NCBI GenBank assembly: GCA_004022145.1
Contig: RCNU01000036.1
DNA length: 37,558 nt
Direction: 5' to 3' (one strand)
DNA from: Paecilomyces variotii
Taxonomy: Eukaryota
The notes under the pieces were generated by a model. The model made no database searches and was not told the DNA's origin. It saw only the letters and a list, made by a program, of their open reading frames with translations. Each line of letters begins with the position of its first letter. Positions within the stretch are counted from its first letter, which is position 1. The position numbers were made by a program, and so were the translations under genes. Positions 23,523 to 36,436 of this stretch are shown here, in pieces.

Positions 23523-26500
23523 AGAGATATTAACCTTATCAGAGATATTAGTAGGTAAGGCTAGTAACTTTATAGCTATATTGCTTATTTTATTATTAGT
23601 ATAATAAATATTATTATAGCTACTATTAGCACTAATATTAAGTTCTCCTACTATTATAATATAGCAATATTCTTCCTTAAAAATATATTAATAATGCATT
23701 TTAATTTACTAACAGAATTTTAGAATATTATTTAATTATATTAGTATTGCTATAGCAGCGCATATTAAACATATTAATACTAGATATCTTATTAAGTTTA
23801 GAAACTACTATTTTTATTTAGCCTAGTAGTCTTATAGTATTTCTCTAGCTTAAATATTATAGTAAAGTCTTAATCTATTCTATAGGGCAGGTTATTCTGC
23901 TAGCTATATATTTAGTTATATAATTATAATATAGCCTTTATTCTTATTATTAGGCGTAAAAATACTTATTAATATATTATTTAATAATAATATAGGATAA
24001 GTGGTAGTTTGTATTAAATAAGAGAGGTTAAGCTAATACTCTGCTAGAATTAGCTATAGGTATAGCATAAGGATACAGTAGGTAAAATATTGCTAGTATT
24101 AGCTAGATAAGCTAATAATCCCTTTTCTAGTAGTAAATATAAGGAATTATTAGTAATTTTATCTTTATATTCTTTTATTAATTCTAGCGCGTCCCTAAGA
24201 TTATAAATATTATACTATATATTATATTCTAAACCCTAGCTCTTTTATTAGACTAAGTATTTTATTATAATATATTAGCAATAATATTAGATACGCTTAT
24301 TTATAAGCTTCTTAATTTTATAGGTCCCTATATTATTTTCCTTTATATATAATACTGGCAGCAGTTATAGCTATTTATTAAAGGGGTTATTCTCTAATAG
24401 AGCTAGCTCTAAGTGTATTATTAAGAATATATTATATACTCTCTAATATAGTAATAGCTCTAACTTATATACTAGTTTTTCTATATATTATTTAAATTAC
24501 CTTAAAAGGTCTAATATATTGCTATAAAAGCTTCCTTCCTAATACCTTTATTGCTAATATTAAATAGCCTTTATAAAGATATAAATAGACCTAGTTACTA
24601 AGCGCGAAAGCAATATAGAGAGATATTACCAGTTATAATATTACTTAGCTAATATAGCTGCTATCTTTATAACTTCTCTTATATTAATTTTATATATAAA
24701 GCTCTATTCTAGCTCTATATTATATATAAGGTCTATTAATATAGGTAACTTAATACTATATGCTAGCTGATATAATATATGCCCTATAAACGCGCTTTTA
24801 TTACTATTAAAGGCTTCTTAAAGCTATAATAATACTAAGGGCTAGTCTATAGGGGTATCTAGCGTATTAAAGAAATACCTAAGAGCTATTTCTATCTATT
24901 AGTTTATGCGCTCTAATTACCTATTTATTTATAGATAAAATGCTATAGAAAATAATAGCTAGATATCTAAGTATTTAAAAAGTTTCTTCTATAAGTTAAA
25001 TAAAAACTTAGGGTCTCTGTTAAAAATAATTTTCTGTAGTAAACTTTAATCCCTAATATATAGATATTTTAATAGAACTGCTGCCTAATTAGCTGTAGTT
25101 TAAGTAGTTTTTCTTAAAATAAATATTATTCTCTTAGTAAACTTATATATTACTAATATAGCTTAATTAAAGCTATCCCTTATCTTAGGCAGGCTTATAA
25201 TAAAATTAATAGTTAATATATTAAATAGGACTAATAAAGTTATAATAGGCTATATAGACCTAAAGGGCCAATATTACTATATCTGATTTACTATATATTT
25301 AGGGCAGTAAGTAATATATTCTTATATTAGCTTGGATACTTTATAGATAACTAAGCCGTCTAATCTATCTAATATCTTATTAACTCTAAGATAGTTAATT
25401 TAGTTATAGGTAAGCTATAGTATCTCTATAACTACTAATTGTAGAATATATAAATATTAATATTTATTATACCTATTAATTAAATATAAGAGACTATCTT
25501 TTATCTTATATAGTAATATTGCCTCTAATTTATTTTATAGGTTATCTATAATTTTACTTTATTTAGAGTCTGTTTAGTAGCCCTTTATTAATTTCTTCTT
25601 AAACCTGGGACTTATCTTAACTAGGGAGATATAATAAATATCTGCTTTATTATTAATATCGGTAATAAAAATATTTATATCTTTAATATTCTTTAGTAGG
25701 GGAGTATATAGCTTTATTATAGCTAATAGTAAATATAATAGTATATTTAGCACTATATTAGTTTTATTAGGTTTATAAATTAGATTTAAATTAAATTATT
25801 AAATATATTGCGCTGCAAGGATTAAATATAAATTAGTTTACTCTACTAAACTAGATTTTAATATAATTTGCTTAGCTATTACTAGAATAATACTATAATC
25901 TATAAATACTATAATAGTTAACTTTAATACCTTAATAAGGTAGTATATCTTCTTTAGTGTCTATATTAAATATGCAATCTCTAATTTTATTAGCTAATAT
26001 CTTATTTCTGCTATGTTTAACTATCTTAATAGGAATAGAATTGGCTATATTTTTAATTTATTTAATATTATCTTAGCTAGCGGGCTAGCTGTTAAAAGAT
26101 ATTATTTATCTATTAATATTTTCTTATATAAGTAGTATACTATTATATTAAGACTATATCTTAATATATCTGCCCTGGAGCCGCCTATTATATTAAGATT
26201 AATATAAAATAGTCTATTTAGTAAGAAATAGGCTAAGAAAGATAAGTCCTAGAAATATTATTTAATTTCTTAGAATGCCTGCAGCTCTTATTTAATAAAA
26301 AGGTTTAATTAAGTATTAGTTATAAACTTCTAGTATAGCTTATCTTTAGTAAGATTAGGGTATAATAATAATATCTTATAGTCTTATAAAGGGCTAGTAA
26401 TAATTATATATCTTAATATATATTAGCGGAACTATCCTATAAGGGCGAGAAAATGCTTAAAATTCTTTAAGATAGCAGGGAATAGTAAGTCTATTATAGC

Positions 26501-29500
26501 CTTTATCTTTTCTTCTAGATTAGCTATATTAAAGGCATTAACCTAATAACCTAACAGCATTACTGAGGGAAACCTAATAAAGGACTTCTTAAGATTTAGG
26601 GTAATATTAAGCTCCTATATTATAAAAAAGAGTATATATAAATATTGCTTGTAATTATTTAGTATCTTTAATACTATAACTAGGTTATCTATATAAATAT
26701 AAATAAACTCCTAGAACTTCTGTAAGTAATAATCTATAATTTATTAAATATAGGCAGGCGTATTATAAAATCCTATTATAGCTATATTAAAAACCTTTTA
26801 GCCTTAATAGCTAATTATTGCTAATTATAATTAATATAGTAGGAATACTCTCTATTAATAAAAAAAGGAAATTATATTATAAATAGAGATAAATAGCTTT
26901 CTTATTATTATTACCAGAATTTTATCTTATAGTAAGATAGAATAGATATTAGGTTTTATCTCTTAATTTAATATGCAAATATCTACTATAATATACCCCT
27001 TTTATATTTATTAGCTATCTTTTTTTATTATTTTCTAAATAATAAAGATTAGATATCTAGTAGATATATAGCCATTAGCCTATTTTATATAACTTAGATT
27101 ATAAAACTTATTAAAGGTATTATTTATAATCTTTTAGTCTACTAGTTTTAATAAATAAACCTTAAATTAATATAAGAGCTAGGCTTCCTAACCTTCCTTT
27201 AATAATATTTATATTTATTGATTTTTTAGTATATTAGTAAAGCTGTAGTTATCCTATATATTATATAACTTAATAATGCGCTATAATTAATTAATAATAT
27301 CCTTATCTTTATAAATAATAATATCTTTTACTATAATATGCTCCTAGCTTAATTTATATATTATTTTTAAAATTAGTCTACTATATCTTTTTTATAGAGC
27401 TTCTGCTAAAAATATTATTATAAAGTTAATTATAAAAGTATTTATTCTATCTAATTTATTAAATATACTTAATTATATTTTTTATAGGATTACTTATAGC
27501 TGCTCTAAGAAATTAGATACTTAAATAAATATTACTTTTATATTAACTATATATATAAATAATGTAATATAATTATAGTATAGGTTAAAGAAATAATCTC
27601 TATTATTAACTAAGTTGCCTTTTACTTTAACTAGTAATTATATACTAGATTTTAACAGTATTACTACCCGCTAAATTAAATAGATAGATTAGAGTATATA
27701 ATACCCTAGCTTTACTATAATTTTTATTAGTATTATTATTCCTTAACAGGCATTAATAACTGCTATATTAGTGCCTAAATTAAGTATAAACCTATATAAT
27801 GCGAGAATGTTATTACTTATAAGGATATTTGCTCTTAGCCTATTAACTAAATATGCTTTTATTTATAGTCTAGCCTTAACCTCTTAGCTGTTAAGGGTAA
27901 TAGACAGGTTAATTAAAAGTCGGATAAATTAAATAAATAGCATAGCTATGCTATTAATACCCTTAATTATAATTTTTAATATATCTTATATTAGTAGATA
28001 TAGGGCTTATTATTATAAGAACTATTTGTTAATAATTATTATAAAGCAACTGCTATTTAAATAGATAATAAGCGTCTCCGGCGGCCATACATACTGTATA
28101 GCCTAGTTAGGGGTGGTAGAAGCGGGAAGGAAAGGCGGTAAGGGTATTAAAGCGTGCATTTTAGGGCGATCGCGTATTTATATATTTAATAGTATGCTTT
28201 TAGAAGTCTATTATATATGCTAATGCCTTAATATAATGTTATCTTTTAAAGAAATGTTTAGTGCCTATTTATAGCTATATTAAGGCTATAGAGTATATTA
28301 TCTAAGGTATCTTATCTTTAGTTATTATAGGTATTTATAGTATTACTATTTTTTTATTATATTTAAATTATATGCTTTAAAGATATTAATATAGTTTATT
28401 ATTTAATTTAAACTTATATAAGTATATATAGTATTCTTGTGCAGGGGCTTCTAAATAAATATAATATATAAATTAGTTATAGCTATTATCTTCTATATAG
28501 TCTATTATATCTTTAGTATATTTAATGCTTTTATTTAGCCTATTATTAAATCTAGTATCTCTATATTCTGTATAATATATACTTTAGTAAAACCCGTCTA
28601 TAAAAGAACTAGTTTATCTACTATTACCATTTATTAAATATTATAATATAGATAGTAAATCTCTTACTCTTAACTTATTATTAATATATATATTATATAC
28701 CTATTAAGGAATAGTATTATCTTAATTTAGTTAGTTTTAATTTAGCGTAAATAATTATTAGGCCCTATTATAGTTCTATAAGAATACTTATTAAATAATA
28801 ATAATTTAGTTTATTTAATTATAGTTCTATGCAAATAGTAATTAGAAAGGTATAGAAAATCTATCTTTTTTACCTCCTTTATTAATAAATTATTTTATCT
28901 AATTCTAAGGAATATTAGCTATAGGCTTTATATCTGAGGATTATTGCTACAGCTATAATCTTAGGTTAAATTATTTTTAATTATTATAATAATATATTTA
29001 GTATAGTAATACTTATATATAGCCTTAATTATTATATTTATAGTTGCTATACTAATTATATTATCCTAACTGCTAATTATTCTCTAAATTAGCCTAGTTT
29101 TACTATATTATATAGGCCTTATTTATTAATTTTATAAACTATGCTAATAATATATTTTTATTAAAATAGATAAGATCTTTCTATATATATAGAGAGAACT
29201 TTATCTATATTAAATAAAGCTATATATAAGTTATACTAGGTCTTATTGCCTTATATAGCTAGATAACTATTTATATAAAGTTTTATAATATAACTTTATT
29301 CCGCATATTAGCTATAGAATATAATATTTTTTCTAGCTTATATATTATAGTACCTATATTAATCTTAAATTGTTTTAATAATAGCGGAATTTAAGCTTCC
29401 TTAATAGGATATATAAATTATCTTATTTAAATTTAGAAAGCTTTACTATATATTATTATAATGCTTATTTTTTAAGGAATATATAGAGCTATAGCTTAAC

Positions 29501-30958
29501 TAACTTATTATCCTTAATTATAATAAGGTCCTAGATATATTTAATAAATAAATAAATATCTCTATAGAATATCTAACTACTAATTATTATTATTAGCTCT
29601 GTTTTTATATATTTATAGTCCTTTAAGTCTGGTTAGAAGAACCTGAGTTTTTCTTACTTCTAGAAAACTAAGCTATTTAAGTATAATCTTATTAGTATAG
29701 TTATAATATTACTAATAGTATTATCTTAATTATTATTATAATTATTGCCTAAGATAGAGTAATTTTTATTAAATTATATATCTTAATCTTATTATTTATT
29801 AAGCTTATAAAGGATTTTCTAATTTTACTTCGCTAGCTTTATTATAGTCTCTATTATTATTTTATTTAATATAGCTATTATTTTTATTATCTATATAAGT
29901 AAGGTATTAGTATTTATTAAATTAGGATTAACTTCTATTAATAGCCCTGCCCTAATATTATTACTTATATCTTCCCTTTTAACTAATAGTAGTATAGTAT
30001 TATATATGTCTTTTATCTTTTATATTATTTATTTCTCTATCTTGCTGTTAGCCTATTATAATATTATCTTTACTTTATTTAGCTTCTATATTAAGAGGCA
30101 ATTATCTTATATTAAAGATTAAAAAATAGAAATTAGTTTTTAGATATAATAGTTTATTAAACTATATCTATAAAAACTTTAAGAAAATATTAGAGATATC
30201 TATAGGCTATTTAAATATATATCCCTGCTTTAGAAATAATAGCGCTATAATACTTCCTTAAGAATTAGAGGAGGCTCTTATTTATATTATATATAATAAT
30301 AATATCCTAGAATAGCTATAGCCTAATAAATTAATTAACTCTTATATTGCTTCTTCTCCTAATAGTATTCTTTATTCTTATTACTAGGATAAGAAGGTAA
30401 GATTATTAGCTAGTGCCTTTATTACTCTGCAAAAGCTACTTATAGCTTAGTTTAAAATATTTTAATTAATTATCTAATCTATAGGAAAAGAAAAATTTCC
30501 TGTTTATAAGATAGTATTACCCCTAAATATAATTAAATTAACTATAAGATAAATTAATATTAAAGTTTCTTTTAGTATTAGGTAAAATAAAATAATAAAG
30601 TTAATTAGAAATAATATAACCTAGGAGAGCTAATCTTTATAGCTTAATTAGCTCTTTTAAAACATAGTAAGCTAAAAGACTATAGAGATAGCCTATAGTA
30701 GGATTATAAATAAATATTATTAAGAAGGGAGAGTAAGATTAAAATTAGATATAGACTTATAATACTATAGTAATGCCTAAGTAATTTTTATTATCTATAT
30801 AGTACTTTATACGCGATAATAGGATTAATTAACTAGAGTCTAATAATCCTAAGGTCTTAAAGCTTAAGATAGAGATAGTAGAGAATACCCTAATTAATTA
30901 GGATATATTACTATTTATAACAGTATAGCTATAGAGAAGTATAGGGATATAAGAAGGT

Positions 30959-33900
30959 AGTTAAAAAGAATAGGTTTAGATAGAATTCCCTAGACTAATC
31001 TAATAGCTTAAAGGGCTAATAATACTTAGGGAGAAAGAATACTAGCGTATATAGTAGACGCAAAGTATATGTATATATTTTTACTTAAGGCAATAAATTT
31101 TATATAGAGCTTAGGAAGTAGTTTCTTTAAGCTGCCTAATTTTACTAAAGTAAAATTATTTTTAAAGATTTTTTTAAAGTAAAATCTTTATTATATTAAA
31201 ATTTATTAGTTCTAACTGCTATTTTATAATATTTCTCTTTAGTCTAGACTTATTAGGTTAGTTAATTCTAGTTAATCTAAGAATCTTAAAAAGTCTACCT
31301 TTAGCAATAGTTTAGTAAAACTATCTGCTATTATATTCTATATTCTAATAAATTTAATATTAATTTTATTCCTTTAATATAGGTTATATATATAGTAGTA
31401 TATAATATTAATATACTTTAATCTTTTATAGGTATAGATATCTTTAATTAGTAATAATAATATTTAATTATCTTTATAAACCTTAATTAAAAAACTAATA
31501 ATAAAAGCTTACTCTTCTCTTATTATTGGCTTAAATTTATTTAGACTAATATAATATCTATATCCTATATCTCTTAAAAGAAGGGCTAATTATTAGGACT
31601 GCTTTATAGCTTAATATATAGCTATATATTTAGCCTCTATAATTAAAGTTGCAATAGATTTTTATTTTTTATTTAATTAGCTTATTAAGCTGCTAGCTAA
31701 AATAAAAATATTCCTTAAGATTAATATCTAATTAGTCTTATTTATTATATAATCTAAGTCTAAGTATTTAATAAATTACTAGTCTTAGTTCTTATTAAAC
31801 TTAAGACTAAGATATATAATTAATTATAGATATCTTATAAAGGATTTTAATACCTTAAAATACCTTTTAGATAGATTTAATAGATATTAATTTAATCTGC
31901 CTATTATAAATATAATATCTGGTTTTATTAAGATTATTAAGTAAATTAAGCTATTAATAATCTTTTAATACTCTCTTTAATTTACTCTTTTATCTTAAGG
32001 ATTAAATAGTTTTAAAGAGTTATATCTATTTAATAAAATATTAACTAGATATATCTTTTCTTTATTTATTTTATATTATAATAAGAATTTTTTAATATAA
32101 TAAGATTAATCTATTATTAATATTTAATCCTTCCTATTTTAAGTAATTTAAATATTAAAGATCTTCTTTATTTTTCTTAAATCTTTTATTTTATATATTA
32201 ATTTAAACTTTTATTTAAACTAGTAAATATTCTCTATTTACTTTATACTAATTAGAATATTATTAATATATATTAGGAATAAGATCTCTTTCTCTAGATG
32301 TTATAATAAGCATAGATTAATATTAGTCTATATAAAACCTATTTTTTAAAATACTTTTATATAGGTTTAATTCTAATTCTTTATAGCCTATTTTAGACTA
32401 TATAAAGATTAAAGAACTTTTAATATTATTCCTAATAATATATCTATTTTTAATAGAGATATTATATAGATTTTCTCTTTTAATATTAATTTTATAAAGG
32501 TATTATTAATATTTATAATATAATATTTATAGTCCTCTATTATAATAATAGCTAGGAATATTTATAGTATATTATATTATAAGATAGAAGTAAAGATATA
32601 CTTAAAATTAATACTATATTTTTAAATAAACCCTTAAGTAATAAGGTATACCTTAAGCTTTTAAAGAAAATTATCTAAATTATGCTTTATAGCTAATACT
32701 TAATAGCTAATTATAATATTAGCTCTTAATAATAATATAATTATTTAAAAGTTCTATTTATTTAAAGTATATTTATTTTAGCTTTAAATATACCCTATTA
32801 TAATTTATCCTAAATAGAGTTATTAATTATAGTATAATATAAGTTTAAGATTAAAATATATTTTTTTATTATATATATTACTATTATAGTATTTAATACT
32901 TATTCTATATATTTTTTTTAATCTATATTAATACCTAGAAATAAGAGATTTAGTATAAGTATTGCTTAATATAACTTTTTAATATCTTATTTATTATCTA
33001 ATAACTTAATCTCTTCTCTCTTATATTTTGCTATATAAAGAATTTCTATATAAGATATAACTTATCTACTTAGTAAGAATAGGGGGTTTATCTATAAGTC
33101 TTTATAATTATTTAGATTATTAGAGTAAGAATAATTAAATATTTTTTTTTATTTTATAATTTTATTATAATAAAAAGCTTTTTTTTTTAAAAAAAATATT
33201 TTAGTTTTTTTTTAATAAAATACTTCTTTTTTTTTAAGAAAAAACTAGAATTTCCTTATAACTCTTCTTTTAATTATTAATATTATTCTTCTTTTTACTT
33301 AAAGATATATATATACTTAAAGTAATAGGCTAGGTTATTAATTAATCTTTTAAATTCTTTATTAATATTATATTTAGTAATAATCTTTAGAGAATCTTAA
33401 GGTTTAGGTTTTCTTTTAATTTATTTTTAAAGAATTTAGCTTAATAAGTTTTAATAGTCTTTTTTATATTTAAAGCCTAAACTTTTTATTATTTATTTAT
33501 TTCCTTAATATATTTTATAAAAATATAGATCTTATTTTAATTTATTAACTTATCTCTCTATATATTTTATAATAGAGATTTTAAGTTTATATATAATATT
33601 ACTTAATATCCTTATATTTTTGGATAATTAATTAATAGCTTAACTTTAGTAAAGGCTTTCTCTAAAGATATTTAAATCTTATTAATTATTAATCTATTTA
33701 ATACTCTATTTCTAATATATATATTAATTTAAGCTACCTTTATCTATAATTTAACTAGAAAGTTTAAATCTTTAAATATAACTCTTATTCCTTTCTTAAT
33801 AGTTTAATATATTTATTCTATAATTCTATTCTATATTAATATATATAGAACTATTAGTTTATAATAAATACTAAATTATTTCCTTTAAATTTTAAAAAGA

Positions 33901-36187
33901 TTCTTAAGTTTTAATATATTATTTAATTATATACTAAGAATTTAGAGACTTATTACTATCTTAACTTTCTTTTTCTATTTATTTAAGATAAGGGCAGTAT
34001 TAAAAAATAGATATATTTATTCTTAGACTCTAGCATTTAACTATATATATTTATATAGATAAGTTTAAGAATACTAGCCTTTTATATATTAATAATCTTT
34101 TTTTTATTTCTAATATTAGCTATAATATATATTATATACTAATAGTCTATTACTATTTTAATAGGCTTCTTTAATATAGTTAAGTTATATAAGTTTTTAA
34201 CCTTTTTAAGTTTAAGATAGCTAATTCTTTTATATTATAATTAATATTTTTTCTTAATTTTATTTTAATAAAATCTTTTTTTTAATTTATAACTATAATA
34301 TTAAGAATATCTTTAATAAAGAGTAGTATAATAAGTATATATTATAACTTAAATATTTAGTCTAAGAAGATTCTTTTAATAATATAAACTCTATATTTAA
34401 TAGTACCTTAAATTATAACCTTATCTAACTTATTTAATATAGATATTATTCTTTTATTAAAATATTTACGCATATTTAATTATTAGTAAAATATCTTAAT
34501 TAATAAGAAATTTACCCTAAGATTTAATATAAGTAATATATTTTTTAGGTTTAATATCTCTTTATTCTTATTTTTTAAAATAATTATCTCTATATATTCT
34601 AAATATAGAATCTCTCTACTTATATAAATATACCTCTATTAAATCTAAATTAGTAGTTTTTTAAAATAGTAATTTTTATTAGTTATATATAAACTAATAT
34701 TATTATCTATATATTATTAAGATAAATTCTTATTAATAATATCTTTTAAAAGATAAATAATCTTATATAAGACTTAATTATTAAAAGTAACTAAAGTTAA
34801 GGATTTTAATTAAAATTAGCTCTTTTTAAAGTCTAAGATTTTTTTTACTTTATATACTCTATACTTTTTATCTTTTAATCTCTTATTTTTTAAAAATTAA
34901 ACTTCCTTATAGAGTTTAGTAATTAAATCTATTATCTTTTTATCCTAGATAATAGAATTATTAAATATTTATTTAAGAGACTTCTTTTTCTATCTTTAAC
35001 TATTTTTTATACTTTTTTAGGTAATAAATAAGAATAAGTAGTCTTTAATATAATAATCCTTCTTATAGATATAATATTTAATTAAGGTTTATTTATTTTT
35101 AGTAAAAAATATAATAGTTAGCTTTATTTAAAATTAGGCTTTTACCTTCTTTAAGATACTTAAGATTTTATCTATATTTAGATTTATTTATATATTAATT
35201 ACTATTCTAATAGTAATATATTCTTTAAATAAGGCTAAGAGTAATTATTAAATCTTAGCTTTAGATTTAGCTAAAGAAAATATATCTTTATTATATATTT
35301 TAATTTTCTTTCTTATTAAATCTAATTATCCCTAAATATTTAAAATTATCTATTTAGAGGTTATTTAAAATTATATATATTATTAGATAAGCTAATATTT
35401 CTAGATAAAGAGAGATTATTTATATTTTATTTATAGTCCCTTCTATAGATCTTTTATACTAGATAAATTTATAAAGTTCTTCTAATTATTATTTAAGAGA
35501 TATTTAATAATTTAATATTATATAATTATATTAGTCTTTTTAAATATCTTCTTATTTTAGCTTTTTTTTTTAGATAATTTAATAGTATCCTAATAATCCT
35601 TATTAAGGAGCTACTTTTTTATATATAAGAATTATATCTTATAATTCTCCTTTAAGAAAATAAAAACTAGTTTCTCTCTCTTATTATCTTTATTTTTTAT
35701 TAAAAATATAATAATAATAGATTAATCCTCTAATCTTTAATAAGATCTAATTCTTATTAGATTTAGTGCTTAATATAGTATTAGAATAGTCTTATTATAG
35801 GTTCTTTTATATAAAGATAGCTTATTACTATTAGTTTAAACTTAAATATTTAAAATAGAATAGTTTTTATTATATAGCTATTTCTCCTAAATTATTATAA
35901 ACCTAGGCTTATAATTAATTAAAAAAAATAAGTTTAGATAAAATTCCCTAGACTAATTTAATAGCTTAAAGAGCTAATAATATTTAAGAAGAAAGAATAT
36001 TAGCGCATATAATAAATGCAAAATATATATATATTCTTACTTAGGGTAATAGATTTTATATAAAGCTTAAGAAGTAGTTTCTTTAAGCTGCTTAATTTTA
36101 TTAAAGTAAAATTATTCTTAAAGATTTTCTTAAAGTAAAATCTTTATTATGCTAGAATTTATTAGTCTTAACTACTATTTTATAATA
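30959..36187 (-). mobile_element. Full-length RIP-inactivated Ty1/Copia retrotransposon (Copia-2) inserted in the Gypsy-2 5' LTR
   Basis: LTRs at 30959-31231 and 35917-36187, TSD AAGGT (30954-30958, 36188-36192). Minus-strand PBS relic AATTATAAGCC (=GGTTATGAGCC) from 35916. RT LIYINNIL (LVYVDDIL, ~32253-32277) and RNase H IADSFTKLL (ADGFTKPL, ~31305-31335). Confidence 0.93.
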
Positions 36188-36290
36188 AAGGTTAATTCCT
36201 CTAAACTAGAGGATATTGCTGCTAAATAGCTACTAAGGCAGTTTAATATTACTGCTATAGTATAACTATAGTAAAGCTATATCTATAATA

Positions 36291-36436
36291 AATAGGCTCT
36301 AAAAATAATTAAAAGATAATAATACTTAGTTTTATATTATAGACTAAATATAGAGAGAGCTTAAGGCCTTAGCTAGGGTATAACTAGCCTATTAAATATA
36401 TATTAAAGTATTTAAAAGAGTTTTATAATAGAGATA
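36291..36436 (+). mobile_element. Probable continuation of Fot-A (C-terminal part) after Gypsy-2
   Basis: Contiguous with 21961 through TSD AATAG. Reads RELKALARV*LA...KRVL**, a basic helical tail compatible with pogo C-termini. Confidence 0.5.

Larger units (their letters stand above)
21962..36290 (-). mobile_element. RIP-inactivated Ty3/Gypsy chromovirus (Gypsy-2) with 141-bp LTRs; 5' LTR split by Copia-2
   Basis: 3' LTR at 21962-22102 with minus-strand PPT AAAGAAGGGGGGC next to it. 5' LTR in two parts, 30916-30958 and 36188-36290. TSD AATAG (21957-21961, 36291-36295). PBS relic TAGTAATATATCCTAATT (30913-30896). Gag EKLRFF*PDL (~29640), RT YIDN (~26690), integrase FSxAFxx*xxR*LER (~24905-24955), chromodomain KYLV**KS*G (~24170-24320). 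Confidence 0.93.

Noticed and set aside
33140..33245. Poly-T/poly-A tracts as a LINE/SINE tail
   Set aside because: No TSD or element body. It fits a heavily RIPped low-complexity linker between integrase and RT of Copia-2.
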